IMG/VR virus record: IMGVR_UViG_3300044840_000108
Coordinates: 39,980 to 103,979 of that record
Source of the DNA: a virus
Lineage: Duplodnaviria; Caudoviricetes
DNA: 64,000 nucleotides
Direction: 5' to 3' (one strand)
Each line of letters starts with the position of its first letter. The first letter of the stretch is position 1. Made by a program: the position numbers and the translations under genes. Below, piece by piece: positions 1-8,729 of this stretch. Under the pieces are notes generated by a model. It did no database searches. It worked only from the letters and a program-made list of their open reading frames with translations, and had not been told where the DNA came from.

Positions 1-12
1 GAAGGGTGGGTA

Positions 13-507
13 CTACCGGTTGGCGGCGCGGCGTTGCTGGCGCCGCGCGGTGAGGTCGGTGGCGCTGGCCAAGCCGGTGATGTAGCCCCGGAACTCGTCC
101 GGGTGCGCGGCGGCCAACGCGGCGAGCGCGCGAAGTTCCGCAGTCAACGCCGCCCGTTCGGCGTGCCGGCGGGAGAGTCGCTGTCCGTCGCCGTCGCGCG
201 GCACATGCCCCGTCTCCGCCTCGCCGACCCGCTTGATGTCCCTGGCCAGCACCGAGATCGGGTCCTGTTCCCAGGACTTGACCCATCGGATGCGGTCTGC
301 GCAGGTCATGCACACCGTGAACGCCGCGCGGGCCTGCCCTACCCGTTTGATGCGGGCCCGGATCTCGTCAACTGTCGCGATGGACTGGACCTCAGTAACC
401 GGGCGGCCACATTCGGTCACGGCGTCCTCATGGGCACGCCACGGCGGTAAGTGCCGCACCAGGTGGTCCAGGTTCGCGGGTTTCCTGGTCAGGTCGTCGT
501 CAGCCAC
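13..507 (-). CDS. Hypothetical phage protein (Cys motifs TECG, CMTC)
   Basis: ORF in a tightly packed leftward operon. Confidence 0.7.
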   Translation of the reverse strand: MADDDLTRKPANLDHLVRHLPPWRAHEDAVTECGRPVTEVQSIATVDEIRARIKRVGQARAAFTVCMTCADRIRWVKSWEQDPISVLARDIKRVGEAETGHVPRDGDGQRLSRRHAERAALTAELRALAALAAAHPDEFRGYITGLASATDLTARRQQRRAANR

Positions 508-542
508 AAAGGCTCGCCCTCTCTGCTGCTCAGTTTCTCACG

Positions 543-1049
543 TCAGAATACCCCGTGTAGCACACTGTTCGCAATGCTATCCAGCAGTGCGCACAGTGTA
601 TCGAATGGTGTATTGGGTGCCTGAGACATCGCCAGCGCGAGGAGGGTTTTCGCGTTGCCGGGATCGCCCGAGGTGCGGTATCGGACAACCCCGGCAACGT
701 GGGCGGTGGGACCTAGCGGGGGTACTACACAGCCTGGGGTAGCTGCGCAAACGGCCCCGATCACCGACGCCAGTATGACCCGCCGACCCGTGGCGGTCCG
801 GTCCCGACATGCCGACAAACCACCGATCACCGACGGGGCCGCGCGCCAACCCCGCAACGACGGCAACGGGGGAAGGTCCGTGGTGTGTCCGCAGCCCAGC
901 CACACCACGGCCAGGTGGTGCACCGAGACCGGAGAGCGCTGACCGCACGTCCCGCACTTCGGGCACGGTGTGGTCACCACATTGAGGACCGGGCCGTGTT
1001 CGGCCACATAATTCGATGCTCGGCGCGCGGCGTCTTCTAACGTCGTCAC
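543..1049 (-). CDS. Hypothetical protein with CPKC zinc-ribbon-like motif
   Basis: GTG start overlaps upstream stop; CPKCG...GCGH. Confidence 0.55.
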   Translation of the reverse strand: MTTLEDAARRASNYVAEHGPVLNVVTTPCPKCGTCGQRSPVSVHHLAVVWLGCGHTTDLPPLPSLRGWRAAPSVIGGLSACRDRTATGRRVILASVIGAVCAATPGCVVPPLGPTAHVAGVVRYRTSGDPGNAKTLLALAMSQAPNTPFDTLCALLDSIANSVLHGVF

Positions 1050-1522
1050 CCCAACTCGCCTACCTCACCGTCCAGGCCGTCCGGGTCGGACAGGAGGTCC
1101 CCGGTGAGGGGCAGCGGGTGGTGGGTGTCGTCGAACAGGCGCAGGTCATCGCTGGTGATCGGTACCCGCCGGATCGGGTTCGCAGGGTCTGGTAGGCCCA
1201 CGAACTCCGACAGGCCCCGGACCTCGGTGGACAACTGGATGGGGCAGGCCCCTCCACCAACGGTGCCGGTGACGATGACCCCGCCGTCCAGGGGGTGGGC
1301 GTGGGCGGTTTCGACCTCGACTGCCGGGTTTTCGAGGGTGTCGACCCAGTCGGCGAGGGCACTGGCCTGCCGGATGATGTAGTCGCGGAGGTACCGGTGG
1401 CCGCCGATCTCGTCGATCGCGGGCAGGTGTGGGTGGGCTTGCATGTGCTGGGCGAGCAGGAACCACTGTTCGGCCTGCAACTGGGCGGCGGTGCGGGCGG
1501 GTGCGGTGAGGATGTCGGTCAC
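1046..1522 (-). CDS. Hypothetical phage protein
   Basis: GGAGG RBS before GTG at 1522; coupled to next gene. Confidence 0.7.
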   Translation of the reverse strand: MTDILTAPARTAAQLQAEQWFLLAQHMQAHPHLPAIDEIGGHRYLRDYIIRQASALADWVDTLENPAVEVETAHAHPLDGGVIVTGTVGGGACPIQLSTEVRGLSEFVGLPDPANPIRRVPITSDDLRLFDDTHHPLPLTGDLLSDPDGLDGEVGELG

Positions 1523-1574
1523 GGGTGGTCTCCTCCCGGAACGGCGGGTGCCGTCCTGTGTCATGGCGGTGGGG

Positions 1575-1985
1575 TCACGCATAGCCATCGATTGTGGCGG
1601 TGCGGGCCATTCGGGGGAACGGTTTACGGCCCACCACTCCACGTGCCATCACTGGGCGCGCTTGACTGGTCGCTTTCCGCCATCGACAACGGTCAAAAGC
1701 GGGCGCCGCCCCATCGATCCACGCCAGCAGACCGCGGTGCGGCCGGTCATCCGGGGTCATCGCCACCGCCGCGAACGCCAACGCGATCAGCCGCACCGGA
1801 TCTTCCGAGCCCCACCGCGCCAGCGTGCGCCACACCTCCGCCGGATCCAGGCACCGCAGGTCCGTCGACAACCGGCCGGCGTCCGCTACCGCCCGGTTCG
1901 CCATCCGCATCCTGTCCCCCGGCGGTATGCCCGCACCGGCCGCGTGGTCCCGGCGCCGCTGGCCAGCCGGGTTCCCGGCCGTCAC
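1575..1985 (-). CDS. Hypothetical protein
   Basis: GTGA overlap with upstream gene. Confidence 0.55.
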   Translation of the reverse strand: MTAGNPAGQRRRDHAAGAGIPPGDRMRMANRAVADAGRLSTDLRCLDPAEVWRTLARWGSEDPVRLIALAFAAVAMTPDDRPHRGLLAWIDGAAPAFDRCRWRKATSQARPVMARGVVGRKPFPRMARTATIDGYA

Positions 1986-2212
1986 CGCGCCGTACGTCGT
2001 GTCCGCAACCACCGGGGTAGCTGCCGCACCGCGATCCACACCGCGACCGCCGCGCACACCACGCAACCCACCACGCCTTCCACAGTGGGGCCCAGGCGCA
2101 CAGCCCCGTCAGCGAACATGCACGCTGCCCCCAACGCCACCCCGAACCCCAACAGCGGCGAGCGGCCCACCGTCGGGTGCGGCCGTTCAGGTGTCACGTC
2201 GTAGTGGGGCAC
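1982..2212 (-). CDS. Small two-TM membrane protein
   Basis: LLGFGVALGAACMF and VVGCVVCAAVAVWIAV hydrophobic segments. Confidence 0.6.
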   Translation of the reverse strand: MPHYDVTPERPHPTVGRSPLLGFGVALGAACMFADGAVRLGPTVEGVVGCVVCAAVAVWIAVRQLPRWLRTRRTAR

Positions 2213-2682
2213 GGCCCTTCCTCTCTGGTCTCTGTCGGAGCGTCCCGCGGCGAGTCGCTGGTGTTGTCCAGCCGCACCCACCGTTGCTGGCGGTACCACA
2301 CCCGCTTCGATGCCGGGTCGCGCCAGCCCGGCACGATCCAACCCAGGTGCTCGTATTCGGCCCGGTTGCCGTTCGTGTTGGTCACGGCGCCATGACATCG
2401 CCAGCACAAGTGCAGTCCATTGCAAGGCAGCCAGAGACCCTGCTGGGATCGGTTGCGACGGTGATGCCACTCAGTTGCCTGACCGACACAGATGCCTGGT
2501 ATCTGGATCTCGCAGATGCCCTTGGATCGCCTCCACAATGCCCGCCGGCCAGCTCTTTCCGCCGCCGACTCGCCCGGCTTTGGTGTGGCGCGCTGGCGCA
2601 TCGGTGCGTGGCGATGCGGCATCGGGGTGCGTTGCCTCAGCCCCGCGCCTCGGTGTAGTGGGGTCCGCTTCATCAGCGCCAA
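2194..2682 (-). CDS. HNH-family endonuclease
   Basis: CE..IPGIC...EWHHRRNRSQQG...NGLHLCWRCH motif. Confidence 0.8.
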   Translation of the reverse strand: MALMKRTPLHRGAGLRQRTPMPHRHAPMRQRATPKPGESAAERAGRRALWRRSKGICEIQIPGICVGQATEWHHRRNRSQQGLWLPCNGLHLCWRCHGAVTNTNGNRAEYEHLGWIVPGWRDPASKRVWYRQQRWVRLDNTSDSPRDAPTETREEGPCPTTT

Positions 2683-2745
2683 CCCTACGCTTGCGCCACA
2701 CTGGATACAATGCTGTTCGCTATCCGATCCAGCGTGCTAGACCGC

Positions 2746-2775
2746 TTGCTGTCCGGCATCGCGAGCGCCTATCAT
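2746..2775 (+). promoter_or_regulatory. Putative sigma70-type promoter, leaderless transcript for XRE gene
   Basis: TTGCTG-18-TATCAT, ATG 6 nt downstream. Confidence 0.55.
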
Positions 2776-2781
2776 GCGGGC

Positions 2782-3057
2782 ATGACGTGGACACCCGCGA
2801 TGAACGATGAGCTGCTGGCCTGGATCGCGTCCGGGCAGGCCAGGGACTGGCGTAAAGCAGCCCGGCTGACCCTGGTCCAGGCAGCAGCAGAGGTGGAGGT
2901 CTCGTGGAACACGGTAGCCGCATGGGAGAAGCCTTCGGTGCCCCCCGAACAACGACAGAAGCCAACCGGGCACAACGCGCAGCGCTACTACGCTCGCCTG
3001 AAGGCTTGGCGTCGGCAGGCCGAACAGGCGTCCTCGGCACTTCGGGACCAGTCGTGA
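2782..3057 (+). CDS. XRE/Cro-like HTH regulator
   Basis: RKAARLTLVQAAAEVEVSWNTVAAWEK. Confidence 0.8.
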   Translation: MTWTPAMNDELLAWIASGQARDWRKAARLTLVQAAAEVEVSWNTVAAWEKPSVPPEQRQKPTGHNAQRYYARLKAWRRQAEQASSALRDQS

Positions 3058-3488
3058 CCAGGCTGCCCGGTGATGCCGAGCCGGCGCGGTGGGAGATCCC
3101 CGTCCCCCTCGTCATGCGCCGGAAGACCGGCTACTACCCGCTGACCATGAACGCCCGGCTGCACTGGCGACCCAAGGCCGAACTGGTGGCCAAGATCCGG
3201 GAGGCTGTCGGCTGGCACGCGAAGAACCTGCGCATCCCGCCGCAGGAGCACGTCACGGTGTGGTTGTGCTACGCCTCCGGCAGTCAACGCAAGATCGACG
3301 GCCCCAATCTGGCCGCCACGGTCAAGCCGGCTGTGGACGCGCTCCAGGACGCAGGGATAGTGCCCGGCGACGACGCGCGGTACGTCACCGAACTGCCGAC
3401 CGAGTTGATCTCTGACGGTGGCCCACGGAGGGCGTGGCTCGTCGTTGCGGCTACCCCACGCGCCGAGACCGAGGAGGCCCCGAAGTGA
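3054..3488 (+). CDS. rusA: RusA-like Holliday junction resolvase
   Basis: N..LHW...RKIDGPNLAATVKPAVDALQDAGIVPGDD. Confidence 0.82.
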   Translation: MTRLPGDAEPARWEIPVPLVMRRKTGYYPLTMNARLHWRPKAELVAKIREAVGWHAKNLRIPPQEHVTVWLCYASGSQRKIDGPNLAATVKPAVDALQDAGIVPGDDARYVTELPTELISDGGPRRAWLVVAATPRAETEEAPK

Positions 3489-3772
3489 GCGACTTGAGAT
3501 GGACCCTTCTGCGACACCGAGTCCTGCGTGACGTGGCGGCTGACAATGCCAGCGCTAACTTCCGGTACTGGCCGTCAACGCCGGGAAGTCCGCGCGCGTT
3601 CGAGCACAAGCGCCACGATCTAGCCCCACAGGAGAAGACCACGCTGGCGACGCTCCTAAGCGAGAGTTTGATCCTGCCGAGACAGATCGGTGACCGCACT
3701 CTTGCGCATGGACTTGAGATACCGGCCGAAGGTGCTGTCCTGCTGTCCCGCTGGGATCGGGAGCAGCGATGA
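3485..3772 (+). CDS. Hypothetical protein
   Basis: Coupled ORF with GGAGG RBS. Confidence 0.6.
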   Translation: MSDLRWTLLRHRVLRDVAADNASANFRYWPSTPGSPRAFEHKRHDLAPQEKTTLATLLSESLILPRQIGDRTLAHGLEIPAEGAVLLSRWDREQR

Positions 3773-4077
3773 CGAACGACGTGCGCGAAGGCACGATCGT
3801 CGCGCCATGGAGTACCGAGACGGTGGAGGCGCTCAACGCCTACCAAGTTGCTGGCGTGATGCACCCATTCACCTGCGCCCTGGACAGCGGTCATGGCGCC
3901 GGTTACCTCCTGGCTACCAAGCAGGGCTGGGTGTGCACCGAGGACGGCTGCGGCTACACCCAGGACTGGGCACACGACTTCATGACCACGAAGGCCGCGC
4001 GCACGCCGTTCTGGCAGCGCGCCGAAGTGCCCGCCAAGGCGGATGCCATGCAATTGTCAGCGGTCCGTGGATCATAG
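3769..4077 (+). CDS. Phage hypothetical protein (HPFTC...GWVC...CGYTQDWAH)
   Basis: Cys/His-rich motif; coupled ORF. Confidence 0.7.
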   Translation: MTNDVREGTIVAPWSTETVEALNAYQVAGVMHPFTCALDSGHGAGYLLATKQGWVCTEDGCGYTQDWAHDFMTTKAARTPFWQRAEVPAKADAMQLSAVRGS

Positions 4078-4175
4078 GTAGGGACGGCGGTCGGTAGGTG
4101 TTTGACGATGGCCGGGTGCGCGTTTCCGCGAGCCCGGTTTTCGGCTGTTTTGCCTGCTCAGAGGTGGTTTCGCGG

Positions 4176-4236
4176 TTGACTTTGACACCGTTTGGGTGTG
4201 TACTGGTGGGGTCCACCACGACACCCCGCAAGGAGC
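4176..4236 (+). promoter_or_regulatory. Repeated promoter/leader, copy 1 (TTGACT-17-TGTACT plus leader with AAGGAG)
   Basis: 4190-4236 identical to reverse complement of 32181-32227; related copy at 33250-33284. Confidence 0.7.
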
Positions 4237-4240
4237 TTCC

Positions 4241-5713
4241 GTGTCTTCTGCTGTCTCCACGTCGAACCGCACATTCAACAACAAGCCGAAGCGGCCGCCG
4301 CAGCCCCCATTGCCGGACGGCCCGTCAGCCGCCATTCAAGCCCGGCACCGGCCGCCGACCGGAAAGCCCTCCTGGACCCGGCTGCTGATCTCCGGCGGGA
4401 CCGGGGCACGCAAGTCGTGGGTAGCCGCGGAGTTCGCCACCGACGACCGCATTGATGGCATGTACTGGCTAGAAGTCGGCGCGGGCGAGGACACCGCCGA
4501 CGAATACGGCATGATCCCCGGTGCCAACTATCAGATCATCGTGCATGACGGCACCTACCGGGACATCTACGAGCAGATCTGCGCGCACTGGGATCTCGCC
4601 AAGAAGGCCGAGGCGGCTGGCCAGACCATCGCGTTGACGGTGGACGCCATGTCGGGGATCAACAACATGCTGTCGAACATGAGTGACACCCGGGCCCGCC
4701 GGAAGCTGGCCCACCAGTTGCGGGACGCCAAGCAAAATCCCGACCTGGCGTGGTCTTCCGAGCGGGACGTCACGATCACCCCGGACCTGCACACCCTGGT
4801 CCGGAAGCGCCACGAACAGCTCATGGCGAAGATCCTCACGTGGCCCGGCCCGGTCATCCTGATCACCCGGGAGCGGATCGCCACGGTGTTCGAGGGCGGC
4901 GAGCCCACGAAGGTCAAGGAGTGGTCCGTTGAGTGTCGCAAGGATCTTCCGTCGCAGTGCACCTCGTGGATCCGACTGCACCAGGACAAGCCGCCCACGC
5001 TGCTGAAGCTGCGGTCCGGCCGGCAGGGCGTGCTGGGGGAAGCCCAGCGGCAGGAGGAGCGCAAGGACTTCACGGTCGCGAAACTGATCTTCGAGTGGGT
5101 GGGGTGCCAGGCGGGTGTCAGCCGGGCCCCTGAATCGCGGACCTGGGACGCGGACCAGCCCATGGCCGGCGAGAACCCGGTAGCTGAACGACTGCGAGCC
5201 GAAGTGATCGCCGCGGCCAGTTTCGCCGAGATCCAGGAGCTGTGGCAACGGGCCAGTGTCGCCGACATGGCAGACGTGCCGGTACTCAACGCCGACGGCC
5301 GGTCCACGGTCACCCTGGGGGACCTGATCTATCTGCTGGGCAGCAAAGCCAAAGCAGCCGAGACCGAAGCAGCGTCGCCAGCGGAACCCGCCAGTGCCGT
5401 AACTCCGCCCGTGACGGCCCCGGTCGCACCTGCGACGGCACCGGTCGCCGCTACTCCTTCTCCAGTGACGCCAGCGGACGAGGTCATGGCCAGCCGAGCC
5501 AACCCGGAGCAGGTCACCGCGATCCAGGCCAGGTTGACGAAACTCGGGCATGGCCGCGTGGTGGACCAGATCCGGGCTGTCGCCGCACTGGTGGGTCGCC
5601 AAGTGGGCATCCTGGGTCGGTTGACCGCCGCCGAAGCGGTCTCCGTGCTGGCGGTGCTGGACAAGCCTGACGCCGATGCCATCATCGGTGCCGCGTTGAC
5701 GACCGGTATCTAA
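4241..5713 (+). CDS. AAA-family P-loop ATPase, Sak4/recombination-like, with C-terminal low-complexity linker
   Basis: LLISGGTGARKS Walker A variant; LTVDAMS Walker B; PVILITRE. Confidence 0.75.
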   Translation: MSSAVSTSNRTFNNKPKRPPQPPLPDGPSAAIQARHRPPTGKPSWTRLLISGGTGARKSWVAAEFATDDRIDGMYWLEVGAGEDTADEYGMIPGANYQIIVHDGTYRDIYEQICAHWDLAKKAEAAGQTIALTVDAMSGINNMLSNMSDTRARRKLAHQLRDAKQNPDLAWSSERDVTITPDLHTLVRKRHEQLMAKILTWPGPVILITRERIATVFEGGEPTKVKEWSVECRKDLPSQCTSWIRLHQDKPPTLLKLRSGRQGVLGEAQRQEERKDFTVAKLIFEWVGCQAGVSRAPESRTWDADQPMAGENPVAERLRAEVIAAASFAEIQELWQRASVADMADVPVLNADGRSTVTLGDLIYLLGSKAKAAETEAASPAEPASAVTPPVTAPVAPATAPVAATPSPVTPADEVMASRANPEQVTAIQARLTKLGHGRVVDQIRAVAALVGRQVGILGRLTAAEAVSVLAVLDKPDADAIIGAALTTGI

Positions 5714-6040
5714 ATGGCCCGCCTCGACCCGCGGGAGCGGTACGACTGGGTCACCGGCAGGTGGTATGTCCTGCCAGCCCGGGTACCGCTCCCGCGGGTC
5801 CAGCTCATCACCCACCGGCACGTCTGCCCGGACGGCACCGCGGTGACGGTGAAGGCGCAGTGGATCTCCCCCGTGCAGGCCACCCTGTACCGGTGGTCGA
5901 TCGCGGGCGAGCGGGCCGGGTGCACGTCGTCGCTGTCCCTACCGGAGACGCCACCGGACTGGTCTGGTGTGGACGACCTGCACCCTCAGCCAATTCTGGA
6001 CGTTTCCGGATCAACAGGTGCGTGTCGCGTCGCGCGGTAG
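5714..6040 (+). CDS. Hypothetical protein
   Basis: ATG immediately follows upstream stop. Confidence 0.5.
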   Translation: MARLDPRERYDWVTGRWYVLPARVPLPRVQLITHRHVCPDGTAVTVKAQWISPVQATLYRWSIAGERAGCTSSLSLPETPPDWSGVDDLHPQPILDVSGSTGACRVAR

Positions 6041-6178
6041 CGGTACCGCGCGTAGAAACCAGGCTTAGGCGGGTGCGCCAGCATCCTTCGCTGTCAGCCA
6101 ATGCTGACGCACCCGCGTGACTGGACGGTAGCGCACACCTGCCGGGCATGATCCGGCCGGGAAGGGGAACAGCGACCG

Positions 6179-6961
6179 ATGAACGATGTGGACACGGTGC
6201 AGGTGCCGCGACTGGCGAAGGGGTCGCATCACCGGGGCGCCGGAAAAATGTGTGCGATGAACCTGGTGTCGTGGGAACACGGCGACCACCTGATCACCGA
6301 CTATCCGGCGAGCGTGGCGCCCGCGTTGGCGCGGCTGGCACAGCACCTCAACGACAGGGTGTGTGTGCACGGCGCGGTCGAGGCGGACCTGTTGTGCCCG
6401 CCCTGCTCGATGGGAGTGGTCGACGTGGCGCACGCCATGGTCGGCACGGGCGGTGGGACGGCGGAGTTGTCGTGGCGGTGGGCAGCCGCGGTGGCGGAAC
6501 TCGCGGTGGAGGTATTCCGGTTCGAGTTCCCAGGGTTGGCGACGGAGCGGCAGCGGACAGCCGCGTCGTGCCGGGACATCGCCCGGCAGGTCGCGGAGAC
6601 CCCGCGGGCTGGGATCAGCACGCACACGGAGGCGCGGGCGGCCGGACAGTCCGCGTCGTCAACGTTGGGCATGGTGATGGCGCGGTCGGAGCCGGCGCGG
6701 ACGATCGAGTTCGCGGCGCGGGCGGTGGCGTTGTGGCACGAGTTGGCGGCCAGCACCCCTGTGGTGGTGGAGCCTGCGGTGCAGGCCCGGGCGTGGACTG
6801 CGGCGATGGAGGCGGCGGTCCAGTACCGCGCAAACGTGACGTTCACGGCCCCGGCGGGGATGTTTTCCGCGCCCGCCTCCGCACCTGTGGCGGTGTCGCC
6901 GGTGTGGTTGCCGTCCGTGTTGGCGTCGGGGTACGGGTCGTCACTGATGTTGACCATCTGA
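6179..6961 (+). CDS. Actinophage-type hypothetical protein (LAKGSH...CAMNLVSW..GD..ITDYP)
   Basis: N-terminal motif familiar from actinophage hypotheticals; RBS present. Confidence 0.7.
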   Translation: MNDVDTVQVPRLAKGSHHRGAGKMCAMNLVSWEHGDHLITDYPASVAPALARLAQHLNDRVCVHGAVEADLLCPPCSMGVVDVAHAMVGTGGGTAELSWRWAAAVAELAVEVFRFEFPGLATERQRTAASCRDIARQVAETPRAGISTHTEARAAGQSASSTLGMVMARSEPARTIEFAARAVALWHELAASTPVVVEPAVQARAWTAAMEAAVQYRANVTFTAPAGMFSAPASAPVAVSPVWLPSVLASGYGSSLMLTI

Positions 6962-7245
6962 ATCCGCCGCCAGGGGCTGGGGCTGGGCGCGTTGGTCTGG
7001 TTTGTCGCCGCGTTCGGGTGAACAAACCGGGTCTATGCACCCATATGGACACTGAGCGTTCGCGCTTGTGACCGCTTTGTGTCTTCCGTTTGGCGTACTA
7101 CTTGCGGGTAGGAAGTACGATCCGGCGGTCTGCCAGTGCAGGTGCACATGCCGTGGTGGTTACCCCGAGCGCGGCTCGCGTTTCGCTGGCAGACACCGAC
7201 ACGACTCCGCCCTGCCCCCGCGGAGGTCCCCCATAGCGAAGTAAT

Positions 7246-7276
7246 GCCCGGCCGGTGCTTGCAACACCGGCCGGGC
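7246..7276. promoter_or_regulatory. Perfect 12-bp hairpin GCCCGGCCGGTG-cttgcaa-CACCGGCCGGGC
   Basis: Inverted repeat in a long, structured intergenic region. Confidence 0.6.
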
Positions 7277-7608
7277 GACTAACCCAGGTCCCACCGCCAA
7301 GAGGGAGTCATGGGCTTGCCGCGCATTGTTGCACCAAACGCACCGCCCGACGGGCATCGGCGATACGTAATATCTGGTGATTCGTCGCCCTCCCCCGTTT
7401 CGTTCCACCTTCCCCCACGGGGACACCCCTCGGTGGGGGAAGGGGGTCCTACGGAACACCCGCCGGGGCCCCGGGGCCGTGGCCAAGTTTGCGCTGGTGA
7501 CGAGCCCGGCCGCCGGGGGTGCCGTGGCGGGGAGGGAGTGATACGGCACCCCCGACAAATACGTGTAATCAGTAGACCCCCGGGGGGTATCGGCGCACAC
7601 TGGATCAC

Positions 7609-7842
7609 GTGCGGGCCTGGCGTGACCTCCCGTGCCCAGGGCACGGCACCGACCTGGCGTGGACCCCAATCGGCCCACGCGTCGTCGGCACATCCCCACT
7701 CCGCGTCCCCTGCCAGTTCTGCCGAGCCCCCATCGGCCACGCCTGCACCCGCCTCGTGCCCCGCCGCGGCCACACCCGCCGGCCACCGCACAACATCCGG
7801 ATCAGCGACGCAGAAGCCGCCGCGGAGGCACCCGACTGGTGA
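7609..7842 (+). CDS. Small zinc-finger protein
   Basis: VPCQFCRAPIGHAC...PH..R. Confidence 0.6.
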   Translation: MRAWRDLPCPGHGTDLAWTPIGPRVVGTSPLRVPCQFCRAPIGHACTRLVPRRGHTRRPPHNIRISDAEAAAEAPDW

Positions 7843-7848
7843 TGCCCC

Positions 7849-8031
7849 GTGATCGCGGCACTACCCCCCCACCCGACCTGGCCGGTCGGCCGACACCGCC
7901 ATCACACCCGCCGCCACCGGCACACCCATCACACCGCGCACCTCGGGATGTGGCTCACCCGATGCCGCGGTGACCTCGCCGTCACCGTCGTCCTGATCGC
8001 CGCGATCTGGCTGTGGGTGGCACTCGCATGA
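7849..8031 (+). CDS. Small membrane protein
   Basis: C-terminal TM segment. Confidence 0.45.
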   Translation: MIAALPPHPTWPVGRHRHHTRRHRHTHHTAHLGMWLTRCRGDLAVTVVLIAAIWLWVALA

Positions 8032-8399
8032 CCCACCGCGCCCCCCACGGACGCCGGCCCACGACACGCGACCCGCTGTTCGGACTGACACCCGTCACGG
8101 ACAGCTCCGAATGGGCGTGGTGGATCAGCCGAAAAGCCTGCCTCACCGCCCTCGACCCCGCCACCCTCACTCGCCACCGGACGGCGCTGCACGCCGCAGC
8201 GGCCCACCTGATCTGCCCGCACCTGGTGTACGAGTGGGCGTTGCACGGCTACACCGTGACCCTCGTCCCGGCCGCCGTGTTCGCCCCCGACCGGGCCGAC
8301 GACGCCACCTACCAGCGGGTAGCGAACGCCGCGTCTGCCGCAATCGAGCCCGGCCAACTCCTCGCGGCTGCCGGCGTCACCCCCGGGATCCGCCGTTGA
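8028..8399 (+). CDS. Hypothetical protein
   Basis: ATGA-coupled ORF. Confidence 0.6.
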   Translation: MTHRAPHGRRPTTRDPLFGLTPVTDSSEWAWWISRKACLTALDPATLTRHRTALHAAAAHLICPHLVYEWALHGYTVTLVPAAVFAPDRADDATYQRVANAASAAIEPGQLLAAAGVTPGIRR

Positions 8400-8695
8400 C
8401 CGGACGGGTAGGCAGCGAACTGGGCGACCGCGGCCACACCGTCGGAGCCTCCACCCAACCCGGCCAAGACATCCAGCGGCGCCGAGCCTTGTACGTGGCG
8501 TGGTGGGTGCTGCACCACATCGACCCCAACCTGCCAGCGTCCCCCGAAGCGCAGAAGACTGGTCTAGAAACAGCGCAAGCCGAAGTGTTGGCGATGCTCC
8601 TGGACGAGCTGGGGCTGAATGGACGACCAATCCGGTCAACCCGCACTGTCACCGCCGCCCGCCGGAGACGGCACTCCGCTGGAGACGGCAAGTAG
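8396..8695 (+). CDS. Hypothetical protein
   Basis: TTGA-coupled ORF; start uncertain. Confidence 0.5.
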   Translation: MTGRVGSELGDRGHTVGASTQPGQDIQRRRALYVAWWVLHHIDPNLPASPEAQKTGLETAQAEVLAMLLDELGLNGRPIRSTRTVTAARRRRHSAGDGK

Positions 8696-8729
8696 TTCGC
8701 AGTCGCTATCACACGAAGGAGCACACACC

